This document shows positions 30,970-40,492 of a stretch of DNA of 64,000 nt, piece after piece (within the stretch, counting starts at the first letter, position 1; the number at the start of each line of letters is the position of its first letter). A program made the translations under genes and the position numbers. The notes below the pieces were generated by a model. That model saw nothing but the letters and a program-made list of their open reading frames with translations. It did no database searches and was not told the DNA's origin. The DNA lies in the NCBI GenBank assembly GCA_944327845.1, contig CALVHN010000003.1, positions 69,411 through 133,410 on the forward strand, written 5' to 3'. The DNA comes from an uncultured Bacilli bacterium (GTDB lineage: Bacteria > Bacillota_I > Bacilli_A > RFN20 > CAG-826).

Positions 30970-31005
30970 TCAATTATTATAATTGAGCAACTATTCAACT
31001 GTCAA
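30970..31005 (-). promoter_or_regulatory. cadC-cadA promoter (TTGACA-18-TATAAT on the minus strand) with an overlapping 17-bp perfect palindrome operator TCAATTATTATAATTGA
   Basis: Palindrome at 30970-30986 covers the -10 element. -35 at 31005..31000. Confidence 0.5.
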
Positions 31006-31056
31006 TAACTATTTATATTTTTTTTACATTGCTCTTAATGTATAATTTATAAACAT

Positions 31057-31608
31057 ATGAATACAATTATTTTTTATAAATCAAAAACCGGTTTTACCAA
31101 AGAATATGCTGAATTATTGGAGAGAAGATTAGTTGATTCTGAAATTCAGCCTATTGAAAAAATAAATAGAAAAATCTTATTAGATAAAGATTTTGTTTTC
31201 TTTGGCGGACCTTTAAGAGGTAATGTAATATTAGGTTTAAAAAAGTTCTTAAAACATTATAAAGAAATTAAAGATAAAGATATCTTTGTTTTTGCTGTTG
31301 GAATGCAACCTGTTGATCAAGAGAAAAAAGATTTAGTTATTACTACAAATAATCTTGATAGTTATCATATACGTTTATATTTTTTACAAGGTGGATTAGA
31401 TTTTACAAAATTTGGAAAATTTAAAAAGAAAATTATCATGTATGCTTTAAAAGAAGAATCAAAAAAATCAGATAGCGGTATACCTTTTGAACAAATTGAA
31501 TCTAGATTAAATGAAAGAATTTCATTTGTTTCTTCGTCAAATCTTGACCGAATGGTCGATGTTTATCACAAGGTGAAAATTTCAAAATCAAATAAAAATA
31601 ATGGATAA
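31057..31608 (+). CDS. Flavodoxin-like domain protein
   Basis: N-terminus IIFYKSKTGFTKEYAE has the flavodoxin T/SxTGxT pattern; 183 aa. Confidence 0.45.
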   Translation: MNTIIFYKSKTGFTKEYAELLERRLVDSEIQPIEKINRKILLDKDFVFFGGPLRGNVILGLKKFLKHYKEIKDKDIFVFAVGMQPVDQEKKDLVITTNNLDSYHIRLYFLQGGLDFTKFGKFKKKIIMYALKEESKKSDSGIPFEQIESRLNERISFVSSSNLDRMVDVYHKVKISKSNKNNG

Positions 31609-32056
31609 AGATAACGGAATTAAAATAATTATTACTAACAAAAAAGCTTCATTTAATTATTTTTTAAGTGATTTTTTAGAATGCGGAATTGAGTTAAAAG
31701 GAACAGAAGTTAAATCTATTTTAAATCATAATGTATCAATTAATGATTCATATGTTGTTATAAGAAATCAAGAAGCTTTTATTATTAATATGAATATTGC
31801 TCAATATGAAAAAGGGACTTATTTTAATCATGAAGAATTAAGGAAAAGAAAATTATTGATGCATAAATATGAAATAAGAAAATATGAGCAAAAAACTATT
31901 AAGGGTGGTTATACAATCGTTCCAACTAAAATTTATTTTAAAAATGGAAAATGTAAAGTAGAGATAGCTCTTGCTAAAGGTAAAAAACTTTTTGATAAAA
32001 GAGAAACAATTAAAAAAAGAGATCAAGAGTTATATCTTAAAAAAATGGGTAAATAA
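31601..32056 (+). CDS. smpB: SsrA-binding protein
   Basis: Conserved NKKASFNY, GIELKGTEVKS, LLMHKYEI and a C-terminal basic tail. Confidence 0.9.
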   Translation: MDKDNGIKIIITNKKASFNYFLSDFLECGIELKGTEVKSILNHNVSINDSYVVIRNQEAFIINMNIAQYEKGTYFNHEELRKRKLLMHKYEIRKYEQKTIKGGYTIVPTKIYFKNGKCKVEIALAKGKKLFDKRETIKKRDQELYLKKMGK

Positions 32057-32059
32057 TAA

Positions 32060-32884
32060 ATGAAAAAAATGACAATTGTTTACAAGATATCGTTTGCAGC
32101 TTTAATGATTGCACTTTTTATTATTCTTTCTAGAGCATTATCAATACCTTATTTTTTTGGTGTTCCTTTTTTAAAAATATCGATTGCGTCGTCAGTTGCA
32201 GCTTTTTCTAGTTTTTATTTAGGTCCTTTTTTTGGGTTCATTGTTGGGACATTTGGAGACATTATTGGAGCTTTAGCTTTTCCTCAAGGCGAATTTAATA
32301 TTTTGTTTACCATTGCTTCATCGCTTGGTGGGTTGATGCCTTATTTTATATATAAACTTTTAAATTTAATTAAGTTTGAAAAGAAATTTCCTTTTATTTT
32401 GATGTTTTTATTGATTATTGTTGCAACATTATTAACGATATTTCTTTCTTTAAATGATACGATTTCAAGTTACTATTCATCAAAAGATTATTTTCTAGAG
32501 CCTTGGATGCGTGGTTTAATTATAGGAGCTATATGGTTAATTATTGGTATATATTTAGTAGGTATTTTTCTTACTAATAATAAATATAAAGGGACAAACT
32601 TTTCAAATAAATATAATGTATCAATGATTGTTACTTCAATTTTCTTAACTTATTTTATTTTTAAAATTCCGATTTCTAGTATAGTATTTACTTTTGTCTA
32701 TCAAATTGATTTCTTAGTAGTGTATTCATCTAGAAATTTATTAGGATTTTTTGATAGCTTTGTCGATTCGTTATTGGTAATTATTGCCTTAAATGTCTCA
32801 CTAAAATTTGGGGTTCAAAGTGCATTATTATCAGAAAGCAAATTAAATTTTTGGAGGAATTTAAAATGGAAGAAAAAGAATTAA
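32060..32884 (+). CDS. Polytopic membrane protein, possibly an ECF-transporter S-component-like substrate binder
   Basis: Six or more TM helices with small-residue-rich G/S motifs; no ATPase adjacent. Family assignment is weak. Confidence 0.35.
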   Translation: MKKMTIVYKISFAALMIALFIILSRALSIPYFFGVPFLKISIASSVAAFSSFYLGPFFGFIVGTFGDIIGALAFPQGEFNILFTIASSLGGLMPYFIYKLLNLIKFEKKFPFILMFLLIIVATLLTIFLSLNDTISSYYSSKDYFLEPWMRGLIIGAIWLIIGIYLVGIFLTNNKYKGTNFSNKYNVSMIVTSIFLTYFIFKIPISSIVFTFVYQIDFLVVYSSRNLLGFFDSFVDSLLVIIALNVSLKFGVQSALLSESKLNFWRNLKWKKKN

Positions 32885-33102
32885 AAGAAAAGGATGAAAA
32901 AGAAAATGAACCAAAAATAGTTAAAGAAAAACCTAAAAAAGGAATGTTAATTTTTCTTGTAGTTGCTTTTGTTGTTTTAATAATTTTGATTATAGTTGTC
33001 GCAGTTTTAAATTCTCTTTCAAATCAAAGTAATGGAAGTTGTAATGATGATTCTTGCACTGGAATTCATTATATTTTAAGCTTATTAACACTTTTAAAAT
33101 AA
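32866..33102 (+). CDS. Small single-pass membrane protein with an E/K-rich N-terminus and a Cys-containing C-terminal tail (SNQSNGSCNDDSCTG)
   Basis: GGAGG RBS 8 nt before the ATG at 32866. Its stop lies 2 nt before the ATP-grasp ATG, indicating translational coupling. Confidence 0.4.
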   Translation: MEEKELKEKDEKENEPKIVKEKPKKGMLIFLVVAFVVLIILIIVVAVLNSLSNQSNGSCNDDSCTGIHYILSLLTLLK

Positions 33103-33104
33103 TT

Positions 33105-33992
33105 ATGAGAAAAGGACTTTGTATAATTAATACATTTAATAAATCGGAAGGCTATCTTTATCAAGGAAATCGTCTAAAAGAGGCTTTTAAAAATCTTAAT
33201 GTTGAGCTTGATATCGTTACAACTGAAGATTTGTATCTTCATATTGAAAATAATGGCAATATAAAACTTAACTTTAATTTAAAGGAATATGATTTTGCAA
33301 TCTTTAATGATAAAGATACAGTTTTATCAAGGATGCTTGAAAAGAAAGGATTAAGAGTATTTAATAATTCAATTGCAATTGAAACCTGTGATAATAAATT
33401 TTTAACACATGTTTGTTTATCTGAAAATAATATAATGATGCCAAAAACTTATCCATCTTTTCTTTGCTATTCTAAAAATAACTATGCAAATCCTAACTAT
33501 TTTTTAAAAATTTCAAAAGAAATTGGTTTTCCTTTAATTTTTAAAATTAATTATGGATCTTTAGGAGCAAATGTTTTTTTAGTAAATAATATTGATGAAT
33601 TATTAGAACTCGCAAATAAATATAAATATCAATCATTTTTAATTCAAGAATATATAGAAAAAAGTAAAGGTCAAGACATTCGTGTTATAGTTATTGGTCA
33701 TAAAGTTGTTGCTTCAATGTTAAGAAAAAATGAAAACGATTTTAGAAGCAATATTGGACTTGGAGGTAAGGGATATAAAATAGATTTACCTCAAAAAGCT
33801 AGTGAAATCGCGGTTAAAGTATCTAAAATACTTAATTTAGATTATTGTGGAGTTGATATATTATTTGATGAAAATAATTATTATTTATGTGAAGTTAATA
33901 GCAATGCTTTCTTTCAAGAGATAGAAAAAGTTACATCTATTAATGTTGCTGATTATTATGCAAGGTATATTTATGATATAATTTATAAATAA
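33105..33992 (+). CDS. RimK-family ATP-grasp ligase (alpha-L-glutamate-ligase-like)
   Basis: Aligns along its length with E. coli RimK (DIRVIVIGHKVVASMLRKNENDFRSNIGLGGKG...CGVDILFDENNYYLCEVNSNAFF). Start should be the ATG at 33105, not the tool's TTG at 33054. Confidence 0.75.
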   Translation: MRKGLCIINTFNKSEGYLYQGNRLKEAFKNLNVELDIVTTEDLYLHIENNGNIKLNFNLKEYDFAIFNDKDTVLSRMLEKKGLRVFNNSIAIETCDNKFLTHVCLSENNIMMPKTYPSFLCYSKNNYANPNYFLKISKEIGFPLIFKINYGSLGANVFLVNNIDELLELANKYKYQSFLIQEYIEKSKGQDIRVIVIGHKVVASMLRKNENDFRSNIGLGGKGYKIDLPQKASEIAVKVSKILNLDYCGVDILFDENNYYLCEVNSNAFFQEIEKVTSINVADYYARYIYDIIYK

Positions 33993-34002
33993 GGAAATTA
34001 TA

Positions 34003-34575
34003 ATGGCTGAACAAAATTTAAATATGAATAAAAAGAAATATAACTTACCTTTAATAATTACTTTATCAAGCGGAGCTTTATTTGTTGTAATAGGTATTTT
34101 AATTTTAGGAATTATGATTGGACTTCAACCAAACTATTCTCAATTTAAAAATGATGTCGATGTTACTCGACTTGAAAATCAAGTTAATGGAAAAATAAAT
34201 GAGGATAAGTATTATATTTTAGAAGATTTAGATGTAACTCTTGATTTAAAAAGTGAAAATCAAACTTTATTAACTCTTAATATTGAGTCTGTTTTTAATG
34301 ACAATCCATCTTATTCAGAATTAGATTCTTATATGATTCAACTTAATTTTTCTATTTATTGTAAAGATGAATTTGCTTATCCTTTAGTTTTAAATGATAA
34401 CTTAAATAAAACATTTAATTTAACATTAAACAACTCTTATTACACCCAGATAGATTTTAATAACGATTTAAAAACGTATTCAATAGTTTACGATTCAAAA
34501 AATAATTTAGAATTTGAAATTGAAAGTATTAACCTTAGTATTTCAAATATTTATTTTGGATTTTATGGAGCTTAG
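34003..34575 (+). CDS. Hypothetical signal-anchored exported protein
   Basis: N-terminal TM (LPLIITLSSGALFVVIGILILGIMI) then an N/S/Y-rich domain; no family recognised. Confidence 0.4.
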   Translation: MAEQNLNMNKKKYNLPLIITLSSGALFVVIGILILGIMIGLQPNYSQFKNDVDVTRLENQVNGKINEDKYYILEDLDVTLDLKSENQTLLTLNIESVFNDNPSYSELDSYMIQLNFSIYCKDEFAYPLVLNDNLNKTFNLTLNNSYYTQIDFNNDLKTYSIVYDSKNNLEFEIESINLSISNIYFGFYGA

Positions 34576-34577
34576 TT

Positions 34578-35786
34578 ATGGAAGATTTAGTATTAAGATT
34601 TATACGTTATATTGCTATAGATACACAATCAAGTGAAGAAAGTGGAACACATCCTTCAAGTAATTCACAAATTGAATTTGGAAATGTATTAGTTAATGAT
34701 TTAAAAGAATTAGGAATCACTAATATAATTCATGATGAATTTGGTTATATTTATGTATTTATTGATAATAATAAAGATAAAACAATTGGATTAATTTCCC
34801 ATATGGATACTGCTCCAGATTTTGTTGGTGGAATAAAAGAACCTAAAATTATTGAAAATTACGATGGGAACGACATTCTTCTTGATGATTCTGCTAAATT
34901 ATCGATAGAAGAATTTCCTTTTATGAAAAACTTAATTGGTGATAAATTGATAGTAACAGATGGAAAACATTTATTAGGCGGAGATGATAAAGCAGGAATA
35001 GTTATTATCTTTGAGTTTTTAAAATATTATTTATCTCATAAAGAAGAATTTAGATATAATTTATCAATTTGTTTTACTGTTGATGAAGAAATTGGCGAAG
35101 GTCCATTAAATTTTGATTTAAAGAAAATGAACGCTGATATTGCTTTTACTTTAGATGGTGGAACAATATATGAAGCTAATTCAGAATGTTTTAATGCTGC
35201 ATCATGCACAATTGAAATACAAGGAGTAAGCGTTCATCCGGGCGATGCTAAGGATGTTATGGTTAATGCCGCTTTAGTCGGAACTTATTATGCTAATTTA
35301 TTACCACTTAATGAAACACCAGCAAATACATCTGACTATGAAGGATTTATTCATTTAACTTCTTTTAAGGGTGATGTAGAAAACGCAAAATTGACTTATA
35401 TTTTAAGAGATCATGATTTAAATTTATTAGAAGAAAAAAAGAAATTAATGCTTAAAACTAAGGAAATTGCATTAAAAACCTTTCCAAAAGCCATTATTTC
35501 TATTAATTTTAAAGATGAATATCGCAATATGATAAGTTATTTTATTAAAGATCCAAGAGCTTTACAAATGATAAATAATGCTTATTTAAAACAAAAAATT
35601 AAATTAAAATATACTCCAATTAGAGGGGGAACTGATGGAGCAACAATAACTGAGATGGGATTACCATGCCCTAATTTAGGAGTTGGTGATTTTAATCCTC
35701 ACGGAAAATTTGAATTTGTTTCAGTAACTCAAATGGAGAAAATGGTAGAAATAATTAAAGAAATTTTTAAAGGAACAATTTTATGA
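34578..35786 (+). CDS. pepT: Peptidase T (tripeptide aminopeptidase, M20B)
   Basis: ISHMDTAPDF, GGDDKAG, DEEIGEG and TDGATI M20 metal-ligand motifs; about 400 aa. Confidence 0.85.
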   Translation: MEDLVLRFIRYIAIDTQSSEESGTHPSSNSQIEFGNVLVNDLKELGITNIIHDEFGYIYVFIDNNKDKTIGLISHMDTAPDFVGGIKEPKIIENYDGNDILLDDSAKLSIEEFPFMKNLIGDKLIVTDGKHLLGGDDKAGIVIIFEFLKYYLSHKEEFRYNLSICFTVDEEIGEGPLNFDLKKMNADIAFTLDGGTIYEANSECFNAASCTIEIQGVSVHPGDAKDVMVNAALVGTYYANLLPLNETPANTSDYEGFIHLTSFKGDVENAKLTYILRDHDLNLLEEKKKLMLKTKEIALKTFPKAIISINFKDEYRNMISYFIKDPRALQMINNAYLKQKIKLKYTPIRGGTDGATITEMGLPCPNLGVGDFNPHGKFEFVSVTQMEKMVEIIKEIFKGTIL

Positions 35787-36889
35787 AAAAATGTTTAAAA
35801 TGTAATAAAACATTTAAAGATGAGGAAAAATTCTGCAATCAATGCGGTGAAAAATTAGTTGATATTAATAATGACAAAAAAAGATTTTGCCCAAATTGTG
35901 GTAGCCTTCTTAATGAGAATGGAGAATGTGAAAATTGCTTAAAAAATACCGCTAATCTTAAAGAAAATTCATTAAAAAATACGGAAAAAGCTAAAAAAAG
36001 TCAAAATAATTTTAGAGTATATTTTACAAATATTTTTTATATTATTATTGCAATTTTCACAATAGTTTTACCTTTCATTAACTGGACATATATTGAGACA
36101 TCATCTGTTAATTCAGAAGTCTCATTTTTAGGACTTTTAAATCTATTCTCTCAAATTAAAGAAGTCAATTTCTCAGATGGTTTATTAATATGTACTTTTG
36201 TAGTTTTTATTTTGTTAATTTTAAATGGAATATTTATGTTAGTTAGAGCAGTTAAAAATTTATTTAAAGGAAAATATATTCACCGATTTGATTTTAAAAT
36301 ATTTGTATATTTTTTCTTAATAACTGTAATTAGCGGAGTTATTGGAATATTTACAGCAGAAACATTCTTTTTGCTATTTTTAGGAACATTATTTATTATT
36401 GCACAATATTTAATGTACTTATTAATTGATAGTAAAAACATTTCTATGCCAAGAAAAATTATTAATTTTGTTTCTTCATTTCTTATTTTAATTTCATATT
36501 TTGTTTTTATATATACTCCAATTGATAGAGGTGTTAATAATGAATTTTTCTATGATTTCCCACATGGAATTGGCCAATTATTTGCAAATGGCAATATCGG
36601 AAATTATGGAAGTGTATTATTTATATTTTATGTTTTATCTTTGTTAGGTATATTTTTAAGTTTAATTTATGCATTTTTAATTCATGATTCTAAAATAACT
36701 GGCATATTAAATATTGCAACAAGTATTGCTATTTTAATTTTGATTATTTTATTAACTACACTTAATATTAGTTATAAAATTAATAGTTTTTATGGGTATT
36801 GTGTCCCTCTCGTTTTTACTTTAATTTCCGGAGTTTTATTGTTGGTTTTAAATTTATTTGAGAAAAAACCTATTGAAAACAAAGCTTAA
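35783..36889 (+). CDS. Double zinc-ribbon N-terminal domain fused to a polytopic membrane domain
   Basis: CLKCNKTF...CNQCGEK and CPNCGSL...CENC, followed by about eight TM helices. Overlaps the pepT stop. Confidence 0.45.
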   Translation: MKKCLKCNKTFKDEEKFCNQCGEKLVDINNDKKRFCPNCGSLLNENGECENCLKNTANLKENSLKNTEKAKKSQNNFRVYFTNIFYIIIAIFTIVLPFINWTYIETSSVNSEVSFLGLLNLFSQIKEVNFSDGLLICTFVVFILLILNGIFMLVRAVKNLFKGKYIHRFDFKIFVYFFLITVISGVIGIFTAETFFLLFLGTLFIIAQYLMYLLIDSKNISMPRKIINFVSSFLILISYFVFIYTPIDRGVNNEFFYDFPHGIGQLFANGNIGNYGSVLFIFYVLSLLGIFLSLIYAFLIHDSKITGILNIATSIAILILIILLTTLNISYKINSFYGYCVPLVFTLISGVLLLVLNLFEKKPIENKA

Positions 36890-36892
36890 TTA

Positions 36893-37294
36893 TTAATTTT
36901 TATTTAAATATAAATAATTGATTAATTTTTTACGTGTAATAATACCAATAAATTTTTTACGGTCATCTAATACAGGGACAAAATTTTGATTAGTCGCAGT
37001 AAGAATTAATTCATCCATCTCAAGCTGAGAAGGGACAGGCAAATAATCACGATGACGTTGAACATTTAAAATGTTTATTTTATTAAATTCATCTAATGAA
37101 GAGAATGGGTGATCTTTAAGATAAAATAGTAAATCACCTTCACTTAATGTTCCAACATATAATCCTTCTTCATCTAATAATGGAATGGTAGTAAAACGAT
37201 AATGCTCCATTACTTCCAAAACTTGTCTTATTGACATAGAAGTGTCAACACATTTAATTTGACTTTTTGGAGTTAAAAAATAGATAACGTTCAT
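36893..37294 (-). CDS. CBS-domain pair protein
   Basis: Two CBS-like segments (TIPLLDEEGLYVGTLSEGDLL; VPVLDDRKKFIGIITRKKL). Confidence 0.65.
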   Translation of the reverse strand: MNVIYFLTPKSQIKCVDTSMSIRQVLEVMEHYRFTTIPLLDEEGLYVGTLSEGDLLFYLKDHPFSSLDEFNKINILNVQRHRDYLPVPSQLEMDELILTATNQNFVPVLDDRKKFIGIITRKKLINYLYLNKN

Positions 37295-37369
37295 GCATAA
37301 ATATTATCATTTTTAATAAATCCTAAAAAGTAGTAAAATACTTAAATGATTTAGAAAAAGGGAGTGAGT

Positions 37370-37843
37370 ATGGAAAAAGATCGTGTTACTTGGGAAGAAT
37401 ATTTTATGAGTTTAGCTTTACTTAGTGCTAAAAGAAGCAAGGATCCTTCAACACAAGTCGGAGCTTGCATTGTTGATGATGATAACAAGGTTGTTTCAAT
37501 TGGTTATAATGGTATGCCTCGAGGAATTAAAGATGAGGATTTATCATGGAATAAAGGAGAAGATTTAGATTCGAAATATTTATATGTTTGTCATGCTGAG
37601 TTTAATGCAATTTTAAATACTCGAAATGGTTCTGCTTTAAATGGCTGCACTCTATATGTTACTTTATTCCCTTGCAACGAATGTGCCAAAGCAATTGTTC
37701 AAACAGGAATTAAGAAAATAATATATTTATCTAATAAATATGAAAATTCACTTGAAACTAGAGCTAGTAAAAAGATATTAACTTTAGCTGGTGTTAAGAT
37801 TGAAGAATATAAAGGAAGATTCAAGAAAGTTATCTTAAAATAA
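37370..37843 (+). CDS. comEB: dCMP deaminase (ComEB-like cytidine/deoxycytidylate deaminase)
   Basis: Zinc-ligand motifs CHAEFNAI and PCNECAK. GGGAG RBS 6 nt before the ATG at 37370. Confidence 0.8.
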   Translation: MEKDRVTWEEYFMSLALLSAKRSKDPSTQVGACIVDDDNKVVSIGYNGMPRGIKDEDLSWNKGEDLDSKYLYVCHAEFNAILNTRNGSALNGCTLYVTLFPCNECAKAIVQTGIKKIIYLSNKYENSLETRASKKILTLAGVKIEEYKGRFKKVILK

Positions 37844-38671
37844 ATGAATAAACCAATAATTGAATTTAAAAATATTAATTTTAGTTATGACCAAGAAGAT
37901 GAATTGATCTTGAAAAACGTATGTTTTTCGATAAATGAAGGGCAATATGTTTGTTTAATTGGACATAATGGAAGTGGCAAATCAACTATTGCCAAGCTTT
38001 TATGTGGGTTGTTAAATTATCAGGATGGAGAGATTTTAATTAATGGAATAAAACTTAATGATGAAAATCTTGAGGCATTAAGAAAAGATATTGGTATTGT
38101 TTTTCAAAATCCAGATAATCAATTTATAGGAAGCACAGTTGAAGATGATATTGCTTTTGGATTAGAAAATCGTTGTATTGAAAGAGAAAAAATGATTAGT
38201 CTTGTTCATGATTTTTCTAAACGTGTTGGGATGGAAAATTTTTTATCTAAACAACCAGAGGAATTAAGTGGAGGACAAAAACAAAGAGTTGCTATTGCTG
38301 GAATTTTAGCTTTAGATTTAAAAATTATTATTTTTGATGAAGCTACTTCAATGCTTGATCCACAAGGTGTAGAAGAAATAAGAAAATTAGTGTTTGATAT
38401 GAGAAAAAAAGATCCAAAATTAACATTTATTTCTATTACTCATGATATGGAAGAAGCTTATCTTGCTGATAAAGTTATTTGTTTAAAAGATGGAGAAGTA
38501 TTTTTAAATGATACTCCTGAGAATGTTTTTAAACATGAAGAAGAGTTAAAAAGTATTGGCTTAGGTTTACCTTTTATTGTTAAGATAAAAAATGATCTTT
38601 TAAAGCACGGAATCAAAATAGACGAAAATATTAAAAATATTGAGGATTTAGCAGGTTTTTTATGCAAATAA
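37844..38671 (+). CDS. ecfA1: Energy-coupling factor transporter ATPase EcfA1
   Basis: Walker A GHNGSGKST, LSGGQKQRVAIA signature, first of a tandem ABC pair. Confidence 0.85.
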   Translation: MNKPIIEFKNINFSYDQEDELILKNVCFSINEGQYVCLIGHNGSGKSTIAKLLCGLLNYQDGEILINGIKLNDENLEALRKDIGIVFQNPDNQFIGSTVEDDIAFGLENRCIEREKMISLVHDFSKRVGMENFLSKQPEELSGGQKQRVAIAGILALDLKIIIFDEATSMLDPQGVEEIRKLVFDMRKKDPKLTFISITHDMEEAYLADKVICLKDGEVFLNDTPENVFKHEEELKSIGLGLPFIVKIKNDLLKHGIKIDENIKNIEDLAGFLCK

Positions 38672-39573
38672 AAGGATTTAACATAAAGTATATATATAAC
38701 GAAAATTCAATAGATAGAAGTACAGCCTTAAATGGAGTAAGTTTTACTTTTAATCAAGGTGATTTTATTTGCATTGTTGGAAAAACTGGAAGCGGTAAAT
38801 CCACACTTGTTCAAACCTTAAATGCTTTACTTTTACCAAGTGAAGGTTATGTTAATATTGACGAATTTTTTATAACTGGAAATAAGAAATTAAAAAAAGA
38901 GTTATTAAAAAAGAAAGATAAGAAGCAAAAAAAAGATAATAAAAATTACTCAAATTTAAGGAAGAAAGTTGGCCTTGTTTTCCAATTCCCTGAATATCAA
39001 TTATTTTCTAACTCAGTAATAAACGATGTAATGTTTGGACCATTAAATTTTGGCTTTTCAAAAGAAGAAGCAAAAACAATGGCAATTAAAGCATTAAGTG
39101 ATGTTGGATTAAACGAAAATTATTATGAAAAATCACCCTTTCTTTTAAGTGGAGGAGAAAAAAGAAGAGTTGCTATCGCTGGAATTTTAGCTTCTAATCC
39201 TGAAGTTATTGTTCTAGATGAACCAACAGCTGGACTAGATAATAAAGGAAAGGTTGAAATCATGAAAGTTCTTACAACTTTAAATAATCTTGGAAAAACT
39301 TTAATAGTAATAACACATGATATGAGTGTTGTTCAAAATTATGCTAAAACTGTAATTGTTATGAGCGAAGGTAAAATAGTACATAAAACTATACCAGATA
39401 AATTATTTGATGAAGTTGATTTAGAGGAATATTCATTAGAAGTTCCTCTATTCATAAAATTCAAAAAATTATTAAAAAACAATGGTTTTGAAGGGAATTT
39501 AGAAAAAATATCAAGTTATCAAGACTTAATTGATGAAATTATTAGAATAAAAGGGAGTAAATTAAATGGATAG
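38662..39573 (+). CDS. ecfA2: Energy-coupling factor transporter ATPase EcfA2
   Basis: Walker A GKTGSGKST, LSGGEKRRVAIA, with a K-rich insertion. Overlaps ecfA1. Confidence 0.85.
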   Translation: MQIKGFNIKYIYNENSIDRSTALNGVSFTFNQGDFICIVGKTGSGKSTLVQTLNALLLPSEGYVNIDEFFITGNKKLKKELLKKKDKKQKKDNKNYSNLRKKVGLVFQFPEYQLFSNSVINDVMFGPLNFGFSKEEAKTMAIKALSDVGLNENYYEKSPFLLSGGEKRRVAIAGILASNPEVIVLDEPTAGLDNKGKVEIMKVLTTLNNLGKTLIVITHDMSVVQNYAKTVIVMSEGKIVHKTIPDKLFDEVDLEEYSLEVPLFIKFKKLLKNNGFEGNLEKISSYQDLIDEIIRIKGSKLNG

Positions 39574-40492
39574 TGTTTTTGGTAAATATCGTAATTTAAA
39601 TACCCCAATCCATAAAATGGATGCTCGTTTAAAGATTTTTGCTTTAATAATTTTAATGGTGGCTTGCTTTTTACCTTATGCAAGAAGCTCAATTATAAAT
39701 AGTGAAGGAATCCCTGAATATTTTGGATACTATGCAAATACTTTTTTAGTTTTAGGAATTTTAGCACTCATAATTTTTATAATCATGATTATTTCTAAAA
39801 CCTCTTTTAAAAGTTTCTTAAAATCACTTAACGCAATTTGGTTAATGATCATATTTTTATTAATTTTTATGGTCTTTATTCCAAGAACTACAAGTACTGA
39901 GACATTACATCCAATCGTTACTTTTAGTAATGGCTATGCAATTTATTGGGATGGAGTTTTACAGTGCTTACACGTTGTTTTACGTATTATTTTAATGTTA
40001 GCTTTAACCTTAATTTTAACTTCAACAACAGCCCCAATGGATATAACCTATGCTCTTGATTGGTATATGAAACCTTTATCGCTTTTAAAAATTCCTACTC
40101 AAATTTTTACTATGATAATTTCTCTTGCTTTAAGATTTATTCCTACATTATTAGAAAAATCTCAAAGAATAATGAAAGCACAAAAATCAAGAGGAGTTGA
40201 TTTTAATAAAGGTTTTATTAGTGCAAAAGTTAAATCAATTACAACTTTAATTGTCCCTCTTCTTGTAAGTTGCTTTTCTATTTCTGATGATTTATCGGTT
40301 GCAATGTATGTAAGAGGATATGAACCATATGGAAAAAGAACGAATTATAAAGTTTTAACATTTAAATTATCTGATTTATTAGCATTTATTATTTTATTAG
40401 TTATATTAGGCTTCTTTATTTTCTTATGTGTAATGGCTCAACATTACCATATAAATTTTTGGGAATTTTTTGGAATTAAAGGTACTTGGTAA
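39566..40492 (+). CDS. ecfT: Energy-coupling factor transporter transmembrane subunit EcfT
   Basis: CbiQ-family pattern (DARLKIFALIIL ... conserved ARG motifs); follows ecfA1 and ecfA2. Confidence 0.85.
   Translation: MDSVFGKYRNLNTPIHKMDARLKIFALIILMVACFLPYARSSIINSEGIPEYFGYYANTFLVLGILALIIFIIMIISKTSFKSFLKSLNAIWLMIIFLLIFMVFIPRTTSTETLHPIVTFSNGYAIYWDGVLQCLHVVLRIILMLALTLILTSTTAPMDITYALDWYMKPLSLLKIPTQIFTMIISLALRFIPTLLEKSQRIMKAQKSRGVDFNKGFISAKVKSITTLIVPLLVSCFSISDDLSVAMYVRGYEPYGKRTNYKVLTFKLSDLLAFIILLVILGFFIFLCVMAQHYHINFWEFFGIKGTW

Noticed and set aside
32851-32865. Alternative start for the small membrane protein at 32851 (MEEFKMEEK...).
   Set aside because: The ATG at 32866 has an optimally spaced GGAGG RBS and avoids a 34-nt overlap with the preceding gene.
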